DNA of 64,000 nt, taken from the NCBI GenBank assembly GCA_031424595.1, contig JANPHT010000712.1, positions 2,572 to 66,571 on the forward strand, read 5' to 3'. A program made the position numbers and the translations under genes. This document shows, piece after piece, positions 46,718 to 55,344 of this stretch; position 1 is the stretch's first letter, and the number at the start of each line of letters is the position of its first letter. The notes beneath the pieces were generated by a model. It did no database searches. It was not told where the DNA came from and saw nothing but the letters and a program-made list of their open reading frames with translations. The stretch is from Planctomycetota bacterium (GTDB lineage Bacteria > Planctomycetota > Planctomycetia > Planctomycetales > Planctomycetaceae).

Positions 46718-48760
46718 CTACAGTTGCTCATCGTTCTCCAGCCGGGCTCTTCCTGTTTCATCACTTTTGGTCATGTACGGCGTCAATTCATAGACCGTTG
46801 CCGATCGAATGCCCGTTCGTTTGAGAGAGTGAGCCAGCGGAATTCGCCACTTTTCACCACCTGGGCTGACAATGAATTTTACGATCGGCATGATGGGCTC
46901 ATGCGGATTCCGTTTTGTGTCATCGACTTCCGTGTTAATGCCCGTCAGCAACGTAGCAAACACTGCGTCAAGTGTTTCGGGAGTCACTTCCACGGAAGGC
47001 TGTTGTGCAACTGTCATATGATGTTCATCAAGAAAAACCGTGATCCCAATCGGAGTGGCCTGACTACTGGACTGGCTCTTCCCGGAACCAAGCCTCCTGA
47101 GCAGGTCAGGGTCAATCTTTGACAGATCCGGAATTCCGGTCGAGGGTTTCCCACCTTCCTCACCGGCAAATAACAGGCTGTCCGGTTGACGGCCCGTCTT
47201 CGATTTTTCAGTAGTCCCGGGAACTTCGGAAGCTGACGATTGCGATTTTGAATCACTTGCCAGAACCGATGAGACTGGCCAATCGGACTCCTTGGTTGCT
47301 TCTCTGGACTTTGCCGCCCGCATCCGTCCATCACTGCCAAACAGGGATTCTGCAAATCTTCGTTCACCAGGAGATCTTAAAACGTCAGCACTGGAACCAT
47401 TCACAGTCTCTGCCAGACTTTCCTGAGGTGGCTCTTCGGCGGCCGCAGTCGGAGACGCTTGACGTCTGGCATAACGTTCTGCAAATTCGTCGGCCAGTTT
47501 TTCAGCGTCCTCGGCTGTCATTCGATCCGGATTAAGTCCTGAGTATCCGCCAGCAGGTCGGTTTTGAAAGTGGGAACGTGGAGGTGCAACACCTCCAGCG
47601 TAAAACCGTCCATCCAGCGGTCTCGACTCCACGCCTTCGTTCATCAGAACTCGACCGTCCGGACGAACCGTCAATCGACGCTCGGCCGGTGATTTTCCAG
47701 GCCCGCCTGATTCCTGCAATCCTGATTTCTGTTGAGCAATGGCCATCAGTTTCGCATAGAGATTTTCGCGTCGGGTCAATGCCTCCCGAATCGAAGCCTG
47801 AATGGCGGGGGTTTCGGTTGGATCCGGTTCGCCAGCAACGACTCTATGATCTGACTCGAGCAACTCGTATCCGAAATGAATATGCGAATCAGTCAGAATC
47901 TTCTGTGCCCCATAAAACGCGAGGGATCCATCAGGGCGAACCAGTAAGAGCACATAGGGTTCTGCTGTGACGGAGTTCCCTGAGCGAAGCCGATGCGTGG
48001 TGAGAATGGCCGACAGCAACGGATTGTCCCGGATCGGAAATCCTTCCATTTCCGCAGCGGAGATCCGAATACCGTTTGGAAGAAGCTCAAAGCCGCTCGC
48101 GGAAACGTCAATCACTAGAGGAGTTCGAGTGGTACCAGTTGAATTGGAGAATTCGAGTAAGGTCGACGTTCCGGAAATCGTCTTCAGCTGTTTCGTCGCT
48201 TCCTCGACCTGGGCGCGAAGGCTGATCAGGTCAGAGTGCTTTTTCTGCAATACAAGAGAGGCGTCTTTCGAAGCTTCCTCGGCCTGGACGAGTTGCTGCT
48301 GTTTATCAAACAGCTGCTTCTCGGAATCTTTAAGTTGCCTTAATAAGGCTGCCTCTTTTGCTTTGAGTTGTCTCGACTCAGTCAACGAGCGTGTGACCGT
48401 GGTCTGAGTTTCGTCGCCACTTTCTTCAGGTTTGCTTTGGAGACTCTTCAGTTCTTCCTGCAGGCTGGCAATCGTGGCCTGATTCTCTATCACGCTGGCG
48501 CTGAGAGCCACTGCGTTGGACTGCATTGCCAAAACGTTGTCTTGTGCCGACTTGATCTTCGCTTCCAGATCTGCAATCTCAGAACTGTGATCCGGTTCCG
48601 CAGGCACAGAGGCAACAACGGTCGCGTGTTCAATGAGCTGATCCTGTCGCATTTTTCGTGTCATCACGAGCAGCAGCAGAATCAATGACCCCATGGCGCA
48701 GACGAGCACGGCCAGAAATGGGAACAGCGAGATAGAATTGTGGTGCTGTTTCCGAGCCAT
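46718..48760 (-). CDS. Single-pass membrane protein: ExbD-like TM helix with Ala in place of Asp, coiled coil, two ExbD-like globular domains separated by a disordered linker (gene 2 of the MotA-like operon)
   Basis: ISLFPFLAVLVCAMGSLILLLLV TM; coiled coil at aa about 55-200. The first globular region is PLVIDVSASGFELLPNGIRI...PYVLLLVRPDGSLAFYGAQKIL. An S/P/E/G-rich linker spans aa about 395-560. The second region is IGITVFLDEHHMTVAQQ...PIVKFIVSPGGEKWRIPLAHSLKRTGI. Confidence 0.7.
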   Translation of the reverse strand: MARKQHHNSISLFPFLAVLVCAMGSLILLLLVMTRKMRQDQLIEHATVVASVPAEPDHSSEIADLEAKIKSAQDNVLAMQSNAVALSASVIENQATIASLQEELKSLQSKPEESGDETQTTVTRSLTESRQLKAKEAALLRQLKDSEKQLFDKQQQLVQAEEASKDASLVLQKKHSDLISLRAQVEEATKQLKTISGTSTLLEFSNSTGTTRTPLVIDVSASGFELLPNGIRISAAEMEGFPIRDNPLLSAILTTHRLRSGNSVTAEPYVLLLVRPDGSLAFYGAQKILTDSHIHFGYELLESDHRVVAGEPDPTETPAIQASIREALTRRENLYAKLMAIAQQKSGLQESGGPGKSPAERRLTVRPDGRVLMNEGVESRPLDGRFYAGGVAPPRSHFQNRPAGGYSGLNPDRMTAEDAEKLADEFAERYARRQASPTAAAEEPPQESLAETVNGSSADVLRSPGERRFAESLFGSDGRMRAAKSREATKESDWPVSSVLASDSKSQSSASEVPGTTEKSKTGRQPDSLLFAGEEGGKPSTGIPDLSKIDPDLLRRLGSGKSQSSSQATPIGITVFLDEHHMTVAQQPSVEVTPETLDAVFATLLTGINTEVDDTKRNPHEPIMPIVKFIVSPGGEKWRIPLAHSLKRTGIRSATVYELTPYMTKSDETGRARLENDEQL

Positions 48761-48832
48761 GAACGTTCAATCTGCCCCGTCGTTGGATGAGCTCTTGTGC
48801 ATCGCCTGCATGACCTCGTCTGTTCGAAAACC

Positions 48833-50215
48833 TTAAGCCACAGCTCTGAGAGCCGTTTTTGCCGTCAGGACATTCACCGCGGCGTTAAGGCTGTTCACTG
48901 TCTGTTCCAGCGTTTCCACAACCTGAAGGGTCTGGAGGTTCTTGTTCAGCTGATCCTGAAGATGAATGAGTCGTTCTTCAGACTCGGTCATCTGCAACAG
49001 AGTCCGTCCGAGACGATGCAACTCCTCCGCCTGACCTGCTGATGAAAGCGTCGTCTCTTTCATAGCACTTTGCCAGGCGTCAACTCGTTCGACGAACGAC
49101 AGTAGCGTTGACTGCATTTGTTCCGTAAAGGTCTGAGTGCTTTGTTGCAGTGATTTCGCGTAGAGATCGCGAGAAAACTCGACGCTCTCACGATGAACCT
49201 GAAGAGTCTGGTGAGTCTCCTGTCCCAATGCCTGAGCCAGTGAGTCCGTTTGCTGAGTGAGCGACTCAGCCCATCCGCTTTGCAGGGACATCAGGTGACG
49301 ATTCCAGAACTCCGTCTGTTGAGCCAGCATTTGCGAGGTCCAGTCTGACAGGGCTGGAATTCCCATCGTCTGGTGGCTGGCGGATTCTGTTGTCAGCGAG
49401 GGAACAAGGTGGTCAATTCCCAGTTGTTCAATTTCATTGAGAATGTTCTGCTCGCCGCGCTCGACAAGGAAGGTTCCAAAAACCAGCAGCATCGACATCC
49501 CGAGTGCCTGAGCCGTTGTGTCGAAGGCCACGGCAAGGCCGGATGTTACCTCGGGAAGTGATGAATCCAGTTGTTCGGGAGTCACATTGGCAATGGCCAT
49601 GGTGATGCCCACAACGGTACCAAGAAAACCCATGATCGGAACGGCCCAGGTGACTGTGCGAATCAGCGAGTAGCTCTGAAGCAAACGATCCGATGCGAGA
49701 TCCGCAAGATATCTCAGATGATCTTCCAGTCCGCTGCCATCCGGGCGATTGCCGACGTAATGCAGGACATCATTGAGTCGCTGTCCGACGGTCGTGGCGG
49801 CAAGTTTATTTGTACGTGATTTTTTCTGCCAGACTCTCAAGCCGGTTACAACTTCAGCAGAAGCAGAGCCTCCCATTGACCAGGAACCCTCTTGAGCCAA
49901 CTCAAGCAGCGACCTCAGGGCCCTGCGTTCGACCGGCAATGATTTTAGTTTAGCCCACAGTATTCCCATCCCCACGAAGAACATCCCCGACGTAATGTAC
50001 TCAAGAGGATGTCCGCAGAAGTATCGCTGGACGAACTCCGGCCCTCCAGGGAAAGGTTTCGCGGCCCATGGTGCCACAATGTAAAAAACCACTGTGACAC
50101 CAAGTCCCAGCAACATTCCTGCCACCGTCGATGACCGAGATTGTCGCTGTGATGGCACCGAAGACACGGACTCCGGAGTCCCGGACGATTGTGGCGTTGG
50201 GTGATCTTTGGGCAC
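48833..50215 (-). CDS. MotA/TolQ/ExbB-family proton-channel protein with MotA-like four-TM topology and a C-terminal helical tail of about 190 residues (gene 1 of the operon)
   Basis: WAVPIMGFLGTVVGITMAI...SGLAVAFDTTAQALGMSMLLVFGTFLV matches the MotA_ExbB core (G-x-x-GTV-x-GI ... G-I/L-A-x-A-x-x-T-T-A-x-G-L). There are two N-terminal TM helices and a loop of about 100 residues before TM3. The tail after TM4 is Q/T/S/E/L-rich. Confidence 0.8.
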   Translation of the reverse strand: MPKDHPTPQSSGTPESVSSVPSQRQSRSSTVAGMLLGLGVTVVFYIVAPWAAKPFPGGPEFVQRYFCGHPLEYITSGMFFVGMGILWAKLKSLPVERRALRSLLELAQEGSWSMGGSASAEVVTGLRVWQKKSRTNKLAATTVGQRLNDVLHYVGNRPDGSGLEDHLRYLADLASDRLLQSYSLIRTVTWAVPIMGFLGTVVGITMAIANVTPEQLDSSLPEVTSGLAVAFDTTAQALGMSMLLVFGTFLVERGEQNILNEIEQLGIDHLVPSLTTESASHQTMGIPALSDWTSQMLAQQTEFWNRHLMSLQSGWAESLTQQTDSLAQALGQETHQTLQVHRESVEFSRDLYAKSLQQSTQTFTEQMQSTLLSFVERVDAWQSAMKETTLSSAGQAEELHRLGRTLLQMTESEERLIHLQDQLNKNLQTLQVVETLEQTVNSLNAAVNVLTAKTALRAVA

Positions 50216-50256
50216 GGGCAGTTTCCTGAATCAGACCTAATCAACTTGAATGGCGC

Positions 50257-50275
50257 TTCGGCAATATCTGCCGAA
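50257..50275. promoter_or_regulatory. 7-bp perfect inverted repeat TTCGGCA-atatc-TGCCGAA, 42-60 nt upstream of the MotA-like gene
   Basis: Read directly. It could be an operator or a 5'-UTR hairpin. Confidence 0.35.
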
Positions 50276-50561
50276 TCTCCGCGCAGGGAGGTGCCGTCCA
50301 AGTGCTACCATCGTCACAATCGTTAAAGTCGATTGAGCCCGGATTTCGAAATTCCCTCAAGATTCGCATCCTTTGTCACTTTCGAGCTTTAAACGCGTCC
50401 TCGACAGGGTGTTCAAATGTCCGATAGCGGTTAAGACCATGTTGAATCAGAATGATGCCAGACGTTACACATAGAGCACCTGTTCCTATCCCTTTTCGGG
50501 AGTGCAGCAGAAGCGATGTAACGCACGAAAGACCTTCGTCCTGATTTGGGGCGTCCTTGAA

Positions 50562-51908
50562 ATGGAGTGTCGGGTGACAACTGACTGGAATTCTGTGCCA
50601 AGTTCTGAATGGGTTTCCGAAAAGACAACAGCTGACGACGTTCGGAGCCTCGGTCAGTTCCTGAAGAGCAGGGGAGCATTTCATTTTCCAACGCTCAGTA
50701 ACGGCTTGTTCTCAGCGGCGGCTGGTGAAGGAGGCGACTTTGAACTGACCGGTTACCGCAACGTCTGGCTGCGCGACAATATTCAGATTGCCTGGGCTCA
50801 TTTGGCGGTCGAGGGTAACGCTGCCGTTCCACTAAAATGCATTCAGTCCCTGACACAGTTCTTCTCGAAACATCGACATCGATTCATTGACATCATCGAA
50901 GGCCGTGCTGATTTTCATGAGCCGATGAATCGACCACACATTCGCTTTAATGGCACTGATCTCTCCGAGCTCCCCGAGAAGTGGTCTCACGCTCAGAACG
51001 ATGCGCTCGGATACTTTTTGTGGTTGACGTGCGAACTTGTCAAGCGCAAGTCATTGAACACGGAGGCGGCAGATTGGGCACTTGTTGCACAATTGGTGAA
51101 GTACTGGATGGTCATCGAAGTCTGGAAGGACGAAGACAGTGGTCACTGGGAAGAAGTCCGAAAGATTGCCGCATCCAGTATTGGCTGTGCGTTGGCAGGG
51201 TTATCTTCGCTGCGACAATTAATGAATCAGCCTGTTATTGCCAGGCGACTGTCTGATACAGCCCACCCCATCTCTGTGGACGATGTTGACACTTTGATTG
51301 GTCAGTGCCGGACCGCCTTGAGCAGCATCCTGCCCGCTGAATGTGTTCAGTCAGACTCTTCGAAGAACAGGCGCTACGATGCGGCCTTGTTGTTTTTGAT
51401 TTATCCGCTGAACATCCTTAATGATCGGGCTACGGAAGATCAGATCCTGAATGATGTAAAATCGCACCTTCAGGGTCACTTTGGAATTCGCCGGTATCCT
51501 GGTGACTCGTACTGGTGCGCAGATTACCGTGACCTGCTTGCCGCCGATCAACGTACCGCCGACTTCAGTGACAATCTGGATGCTCGCGATTCCCTTCTGA
51601 AACCCGGCATGGAAGCGCAGTGGTGCATCTTCGACCCGATTGTCGCCTGCATTCACGGTAAGAGATTCTTAAACGACAGAGATCCACAGTCGCTGCGTTT
51701 GCAGATCGAATCCACTCGCAGGTCGTTGTCTCAGTTGACTCCTGCTGGATCGAGGTTTCCGCAGTATCGATGCCCGGAATCGTACTTCTGCGAAAAAGGC
51801 GTCTGGATTCCCAACGATATTACGCCGCTGCTTTGGACTCAGGCCAACCTATGGCAGGCATTGGCTTTGCTTGAACAAACTTTGGTACGCTTGCACACCA
51901 GCGGTTGA
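50562..51908 (+). CDS. GH15 glucoamylase-like / phosphorylase-kinase-like (alpha/alpha)6 barrel protein; start moved from 50502 to ATG 50562
   Basis: YRNVWLRDN, WSHAQNDALGYFLW, DSGHWEEV, LLWTQANLW. These are motifs typical of GH15-type catalytic domains. Confidence 0.65.
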   Translation: MECRVTTDWNSVPSSEWVSEKTTADDVRSLGQFLKSRGAFHFPTLSNGLFSAAAGEGGDFELTGYRNVWLRDNIQIAWAHLAVEGNAAVPLKCIQSLTQFFSKHRHRFIDIIEGRADFHEPMNRPHIRFNGTDLSELPEKWSHAQNDALGYFLWLTCELVKRKSLNTEAADWALVAQLVKYWMVIEVWKDEDSGHWEEVRKIAASSIGCALAGLSSLRQLMNQPVIARRLSDTAHPISVDDVDTLIGQCRTALSSILPAECVQSDSSKNRRYDAALLFLIYPLNILNDRATEDQILNDVKSHLQGHFGIRRYPGDSYWCADYRDLLAADQRTADFSDNLDARDSLLKPGMEAQWCIFDPIVACIHGKRFLNDRDPQSLRLQIESTRRSLSQLTPAGSRFPQYRCPESYFCEKGVWIPNDITPLLWTQANLWQALALLEQTLVRLHTSG

Positions 51909-51967
51909 CAATACGGACTGTAGAAAGCCTCGCGAAACAGACTGAGGAATGCATCGCATCGAACTAT

Positions 51968-52687
51968 TTAATCCTTCTTTTGCATTTGCATGCGTCGTTT
52001 GAATACCTCTTCAAACTCGAATGGATTGATGCTGCCGTCTTTGTTGACGTCGGCTGAGCGGATGTTTTCTCTCATTCGGGCTGGAATCTCTTCTCCCGAA
52101 AGCTTTCCGTCAGCGTCGCGATCCAGTTGACTAAACACATTTCCAGACAGCAGCTGATCCGAATTCTTGCTTTTTTCGTCCCTGCGACCTGGTGCTGTGG
52201 CCGGCTTCATTTCGGGCACTTTCGTCATACCAGGTTTTTCTGCTGAGTTCGCATCAGGACTCTCTCCTCGAAGAAACCCCTGAACCTTGTCCACAGGAAT
52301 ACTCGCCTGTCCACTCCGCTCAAGTAGTTGCTTAAAGCGGTCCTTCAACGGTGCTGGCACTTCGTCAATGGATATGTTTCCATCACCATTTCTATCGAGC
52401 ATCCGGGGATCAAATCCATTCATCCGACCAGAAAGACTGGCAGCCGGAAGTTCGATCGGCTTTGGATCGGAGACCGCCCGAGAGAATTCCTCAGCAGTCA
52501 GTGCACTGTCGTCATTCTTGTCCGCAACTCGCAATGCACGCTGGAAGAAAGTTTTCTGTGTCGAGTTCAGTTCATCGTCGGTTAGAATGAAATCGCCGTT
52601 CTTGTCCAGCTTTTTAAAAAGTTCGCCTGAGGTAGTGCCGTCGGGCAAAACGACCAACATTGCCGAGAGCAACAACGAAGAACTCAT
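51968..52687 (-). CDS. Secreted EF-hand calcium-binding protein (four EF loops); start moved from 53062 to ATG 52687
   Basis: DKNGDFILTDDE, DRNGDGNISIDE, DRDADGKLSGEE, DVNKDGSINPFE. The ORF-track N-terminal 125 codons overlap ribD antisense and look non-protein-like. Confidence 0.8.
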   Translation of the reverse strand: MSSSLLLSAMLVVLPDGTTSGELFKKLDKNGDFILTDDELNSTQKTFFQRALRVADKNDDSALTAEEFSRAVSDPKPIELPAASLSGRMNGFDPRMLDRNGDGNISIDEVPAPLKDRFKQLLERSGQASIPVDKVQGFLRGESPDANSAEKPGMTKVPEMKPATAPGRRDEKSKNSDQLLSGNVFSQLDRDADGKLSGEEIPARMRENIRSADVNKDGSINPFEFEEVFKRRMQMQKKD

Positions 52688-52988
52688 CAGTACGATCCTT
52701 GTGTTTGGCGGTGTCCGGCGCTGATCGATTATGACCTTCAGCCGCTTGCCCTTATCAAAGCTGTGCAATTCTGCGGTGCTGTCGATTATAACACCGTCGT
52801 GGAACCTCCGGATCGGCGGATTTGCCCGAATTTGACCAAACGCGAAACGTTTACTTCGAGGTTGCTGGCGTTTCTGAAGTTGGCACCATGTTGTCGTGGC
52901 TGATCCGCAGGCGTGATGCGAGAATCCGAGTCTCTTTAATCCGTGAAAGACCGTAGTCGTGCAAACGTTTGCGTCAGACTCTGACATC

Positions 52989-54095
52989 ATGCTACGGGCG
53001 ATTGACATTGCAAAATCAGGGTTTGGGTTCGTCGAACCAAATCCCATGGTAGGGGCTGTCATCGCTTCTCGGGATCGCGTTCTGATTTCCGAAGGGTTTC
53101 ACCAGAGTTTTGGCGAGGCTCATGCTGAGATCAACGCGATTTGTTCTGCAAAGGACAGAACTCGTGGAGCCGACTTGTTCGTTTCTTTGGAGCCTTGCAG
53201 TCATTTTGGAAAAACACCACCCTGTGCTGACGCTGTCATCGCCGCCGGATTTCGCCGCGTCGTTGTTGGTTGCCAGGATCCGGCACCACATGTCGCCGGT
53301 GCGGGCATCCAGAGGATTCGTGACGCGGGAATTCAGGTTGACGTCGGCGTTTGTGAGAGACAGGCCAGACGACTCATTGCTCCGTTTGAAAAGCTGATGC
53401 TCAATCGGGTTCCCTGGGTCCACGCAAAATGGGCGATGACACTAGATGGTCGCATTGCTTCGAGGACCGGGCATTCGCAATGGATTTCCTGCGAACAATC
53501 TCGCAAGTGGGTGCATGACCTTCGAGGCCGCGTTGATGCCATCATTACAGGATCCGGCACGGTCCGTGCCGATAATCCTCAGCTCACTGCTCGCCTCGCT
53601 GGACCTCGCAGAGCGTTAAGAGTAGTCATCGATTCTACCGGGGACAGCGTAAATGCCGATGGCGCACTATTAAAGTCACGGTTAGATTCGGAGATCCTCG
53701 TGTGTGTGTCAGGGCGATGCCGTAAGGAATCGCGAGATCGGCTGCTGAATCTGGGTGTATCCGTATTCCAGACGGAGTCCGCTGCTAAGGTCGATGTCGC
53801 GGCTGTTATGCGGGAACTGGGGCTTCGAAAATGTACGAATGTGCTTTTGGAAGCTGGCCCCGCTCTACTGGGCGCATTCTTCGACGAGGGCCTGATCGAT
53901 GAGATTCATGCGTTCGTCGCGCCAAAGCTGATCGGTGGTTTGGGCTCACTCGCACCGATCGGAGGTGCAGGGTTTGCAACGATTCCTGCCCAGCCAAATT
54001 GTGAGTCTCTGAGTTCAAGAAAGATAGGCGATGACCTCTTGATTGAGGCTGACGTTTCGCGGAAGTCAACGTCCGCGGACTTGCAACACGGGTGA
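52989..54095 (+). CDS. ribD: Bifunctional riboflavin biosynthesis protein RibD (deaminase/reductase)
   Basis: MLRAIDIAKSGFGFVEPNPMVGAVI, HAEINA, SLEPCSHFGKTPPC, and the C-terminal reductase region GSGTVRADNPQLT. Confidence 0.95.
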   Translation: MLRAIDIAKSGFGFVEPNPMVGAVIASRDRVLISEGFHQSFGEAHAEINAICSAKDRTRGADLFVSLEPCSHFGKTPPCADAVIAAGFRRVVVGCQDPAPHVAGAGIQRIRDAGIQVDVGVCERQARRLIAPFEKLMLNRVPWVHAKWAMTLDGRIASRTGHSQWISCEQSRKWVHDLRGRVDAIITGSGTVRADNPQLTARLAGPRRALRVVIDSTGDSVNADGALLKSRLDSEILVCVSGRCRKESRDRLLNLGVSVFQTESAAKVDVAAVMRELGLRKCTNVLLEAGPALLGAFFDEGLIDEIHAFVAPKLIGGLGSLAPIGGAGFATIPAQPNCESLSSRKIGDDLLIEADVSRKSTSADLQHG

Positions 54096-54191
54096 GATTG
54101 TCCGACCATCCCGCCTATTCCGCGAACTACTCCGACAAGTCTGCCACCAGCGTGGCGGTATTGCTTATCAAGGTGATTGCCTGTGCCAGCA

Positions 54192-55196
54192 ATGGACTGG
54201 ACCATTCTGAAAGATGTGATTGATCAGAACCAGTCGTTTCTGATCACCAGCCATGTTCGCCCCGATGCGGATGCGCTCGGCTCTGAACTTGGAATGCGAG
54301 CAATCCTTCTTGCTCTGGGAAAGACCGTTCACATTGTGAATGCGTCAGCTCCGCCTGCAAATCTGCAGTTCATGAATCCTCCGGGCCTGATTCTTAAGCT
54401 TAACGACACGATCACCAAAGCCAATGTCCCAAAGACGGATGTTATCATCATCGTTGACACCAGTGCGTGGCAGCAACTGGGAACCATGGCTGATGTCATC
54501 CAGAATTCCCCAGCCAAACGAGTTGTCATCGATCATCATGTCAGTTCCGACCAGATGAATTCAATCGAGCTGAAAGATGTACACTCGGCTGCCACAGGCG
54601 AGTTGATCTGTGAAGCTGCCGAAGCTTTTGGTGTGGAATTCGATGCTGAGGTCGCCAATTGGCTCTATGCGGCGATAGCGACAGATACGGGCTGGTTCCG
54701 ATTTCCCTCAACCACGGCCCGGACAATGCGTATCGGTGCCGGATTGATCGAACGAGGAGCCTCGCCGCATTTTGTTTTCAATCTCGTCCATGAGCAGTCT
54801 TCACTATCTCGGGTCCGTTTAGGTGGCCGAGTCATGGGCCGTACTCAAAGTGAAGCAGACGGCCGCCTTGTATGGGTACAGGTTGATGCCAAAGACCTGG
54901 CAGAAACTGGCGCGGTGCCCTCGGATACGGAAGGACTTGTAAACCAATGCCTGACCATAGTCGGTTCCGAGGCTGCTTTCATCGCTGTTGAGCTACAGAC
55001 AACACAGATTAAGTTCAGTCTTCGATGCCGATATCCTCATGATGTGGCCACACTGGCCGAACAATTCTCCGGCGGTGGTCATAAACTAGCGTCGGGGGCG
55101 ACTCTTTCCGGCCCGTTGAACGTTGCCGTGGAACGGATGCGAACAGCGTTTCTGGAGATGTTGAAGAAGAACGAGATTCTTGTCGCTGCAGAGTAA
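54192..55196 (+). CDS. DHH-family phosphoesterase (NrnA-like oligoribonuclease / pAp phosphatase)
   Basis: ITSHVRPDADALGS, IIVDTS, VIDHH, GGGHKLASG (DHHA1). Confidence 0.88.
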   Translation: MDWTILKDVIDQNQSFLITSHVRPDADALGSELGMRAILLALGKTVHIVNASAPPANLQFMNPPGLILKLNDTITKANVPKTDVIIIVDTSAWQQLGTMADVIQNSPAKRVVIDHHVSSDQMNSIELKDVHSAATGELICEAAEAFGVEFDAEVANWLYAAIATDTGWFRFPSTTARTMRIGAGLIERGASPHFVFNLVHEQSSLSRVRLGGRVMGRTQSEADGRLVWVQVDAKDLAETGAVPSDTEGLVNQCLTIVGSEAAFIAVELQTTQIKFSLRCRYPHDVATLAEQFSGGGHKLASGATLSGPLNVAVERMRTAFLEMLKKNEILVAAE

Positions 55197-55344
55197 AGCG
55201 AACTGCGTCTCAATAAGAAGCACGCCGTCATTGACCATTCAGTGACCAGCTGGAAGCCTGCTGGCCCTTTCCGAGGAAATAAGCCAACGCCAATAATCAG
55301 GATATCTGCATGTGTTGGCCCAATTTGCTCAAGGGAGATTTGTG

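Noticed and set aside
45444-50215. Calling the MotA-like operon a Zorya anti-phage system, a Tol-Pal system or a TonB system
   Set aside because: There is no ZorB-type peptidoglycan-binding domain and no ZorC, ZorD or ZorE effector. No TolB, Pal or CpoB gene is present, and neither is a TonB Pro-rich/C-terminal domain. The flanks are housekeeping genes rather than a defence island. I kept it as an uncharacterised stator-like module.
52688-52988. FMN (RFN) riboswitch upstream of ribD
   Set aside because: There is no GGAUGGGAGA-type 3' element and no AGGGUGAAAUUCCC/ACCGGCGGU core. Only a weak CGGAUCGGCGGAU resemblance is present.
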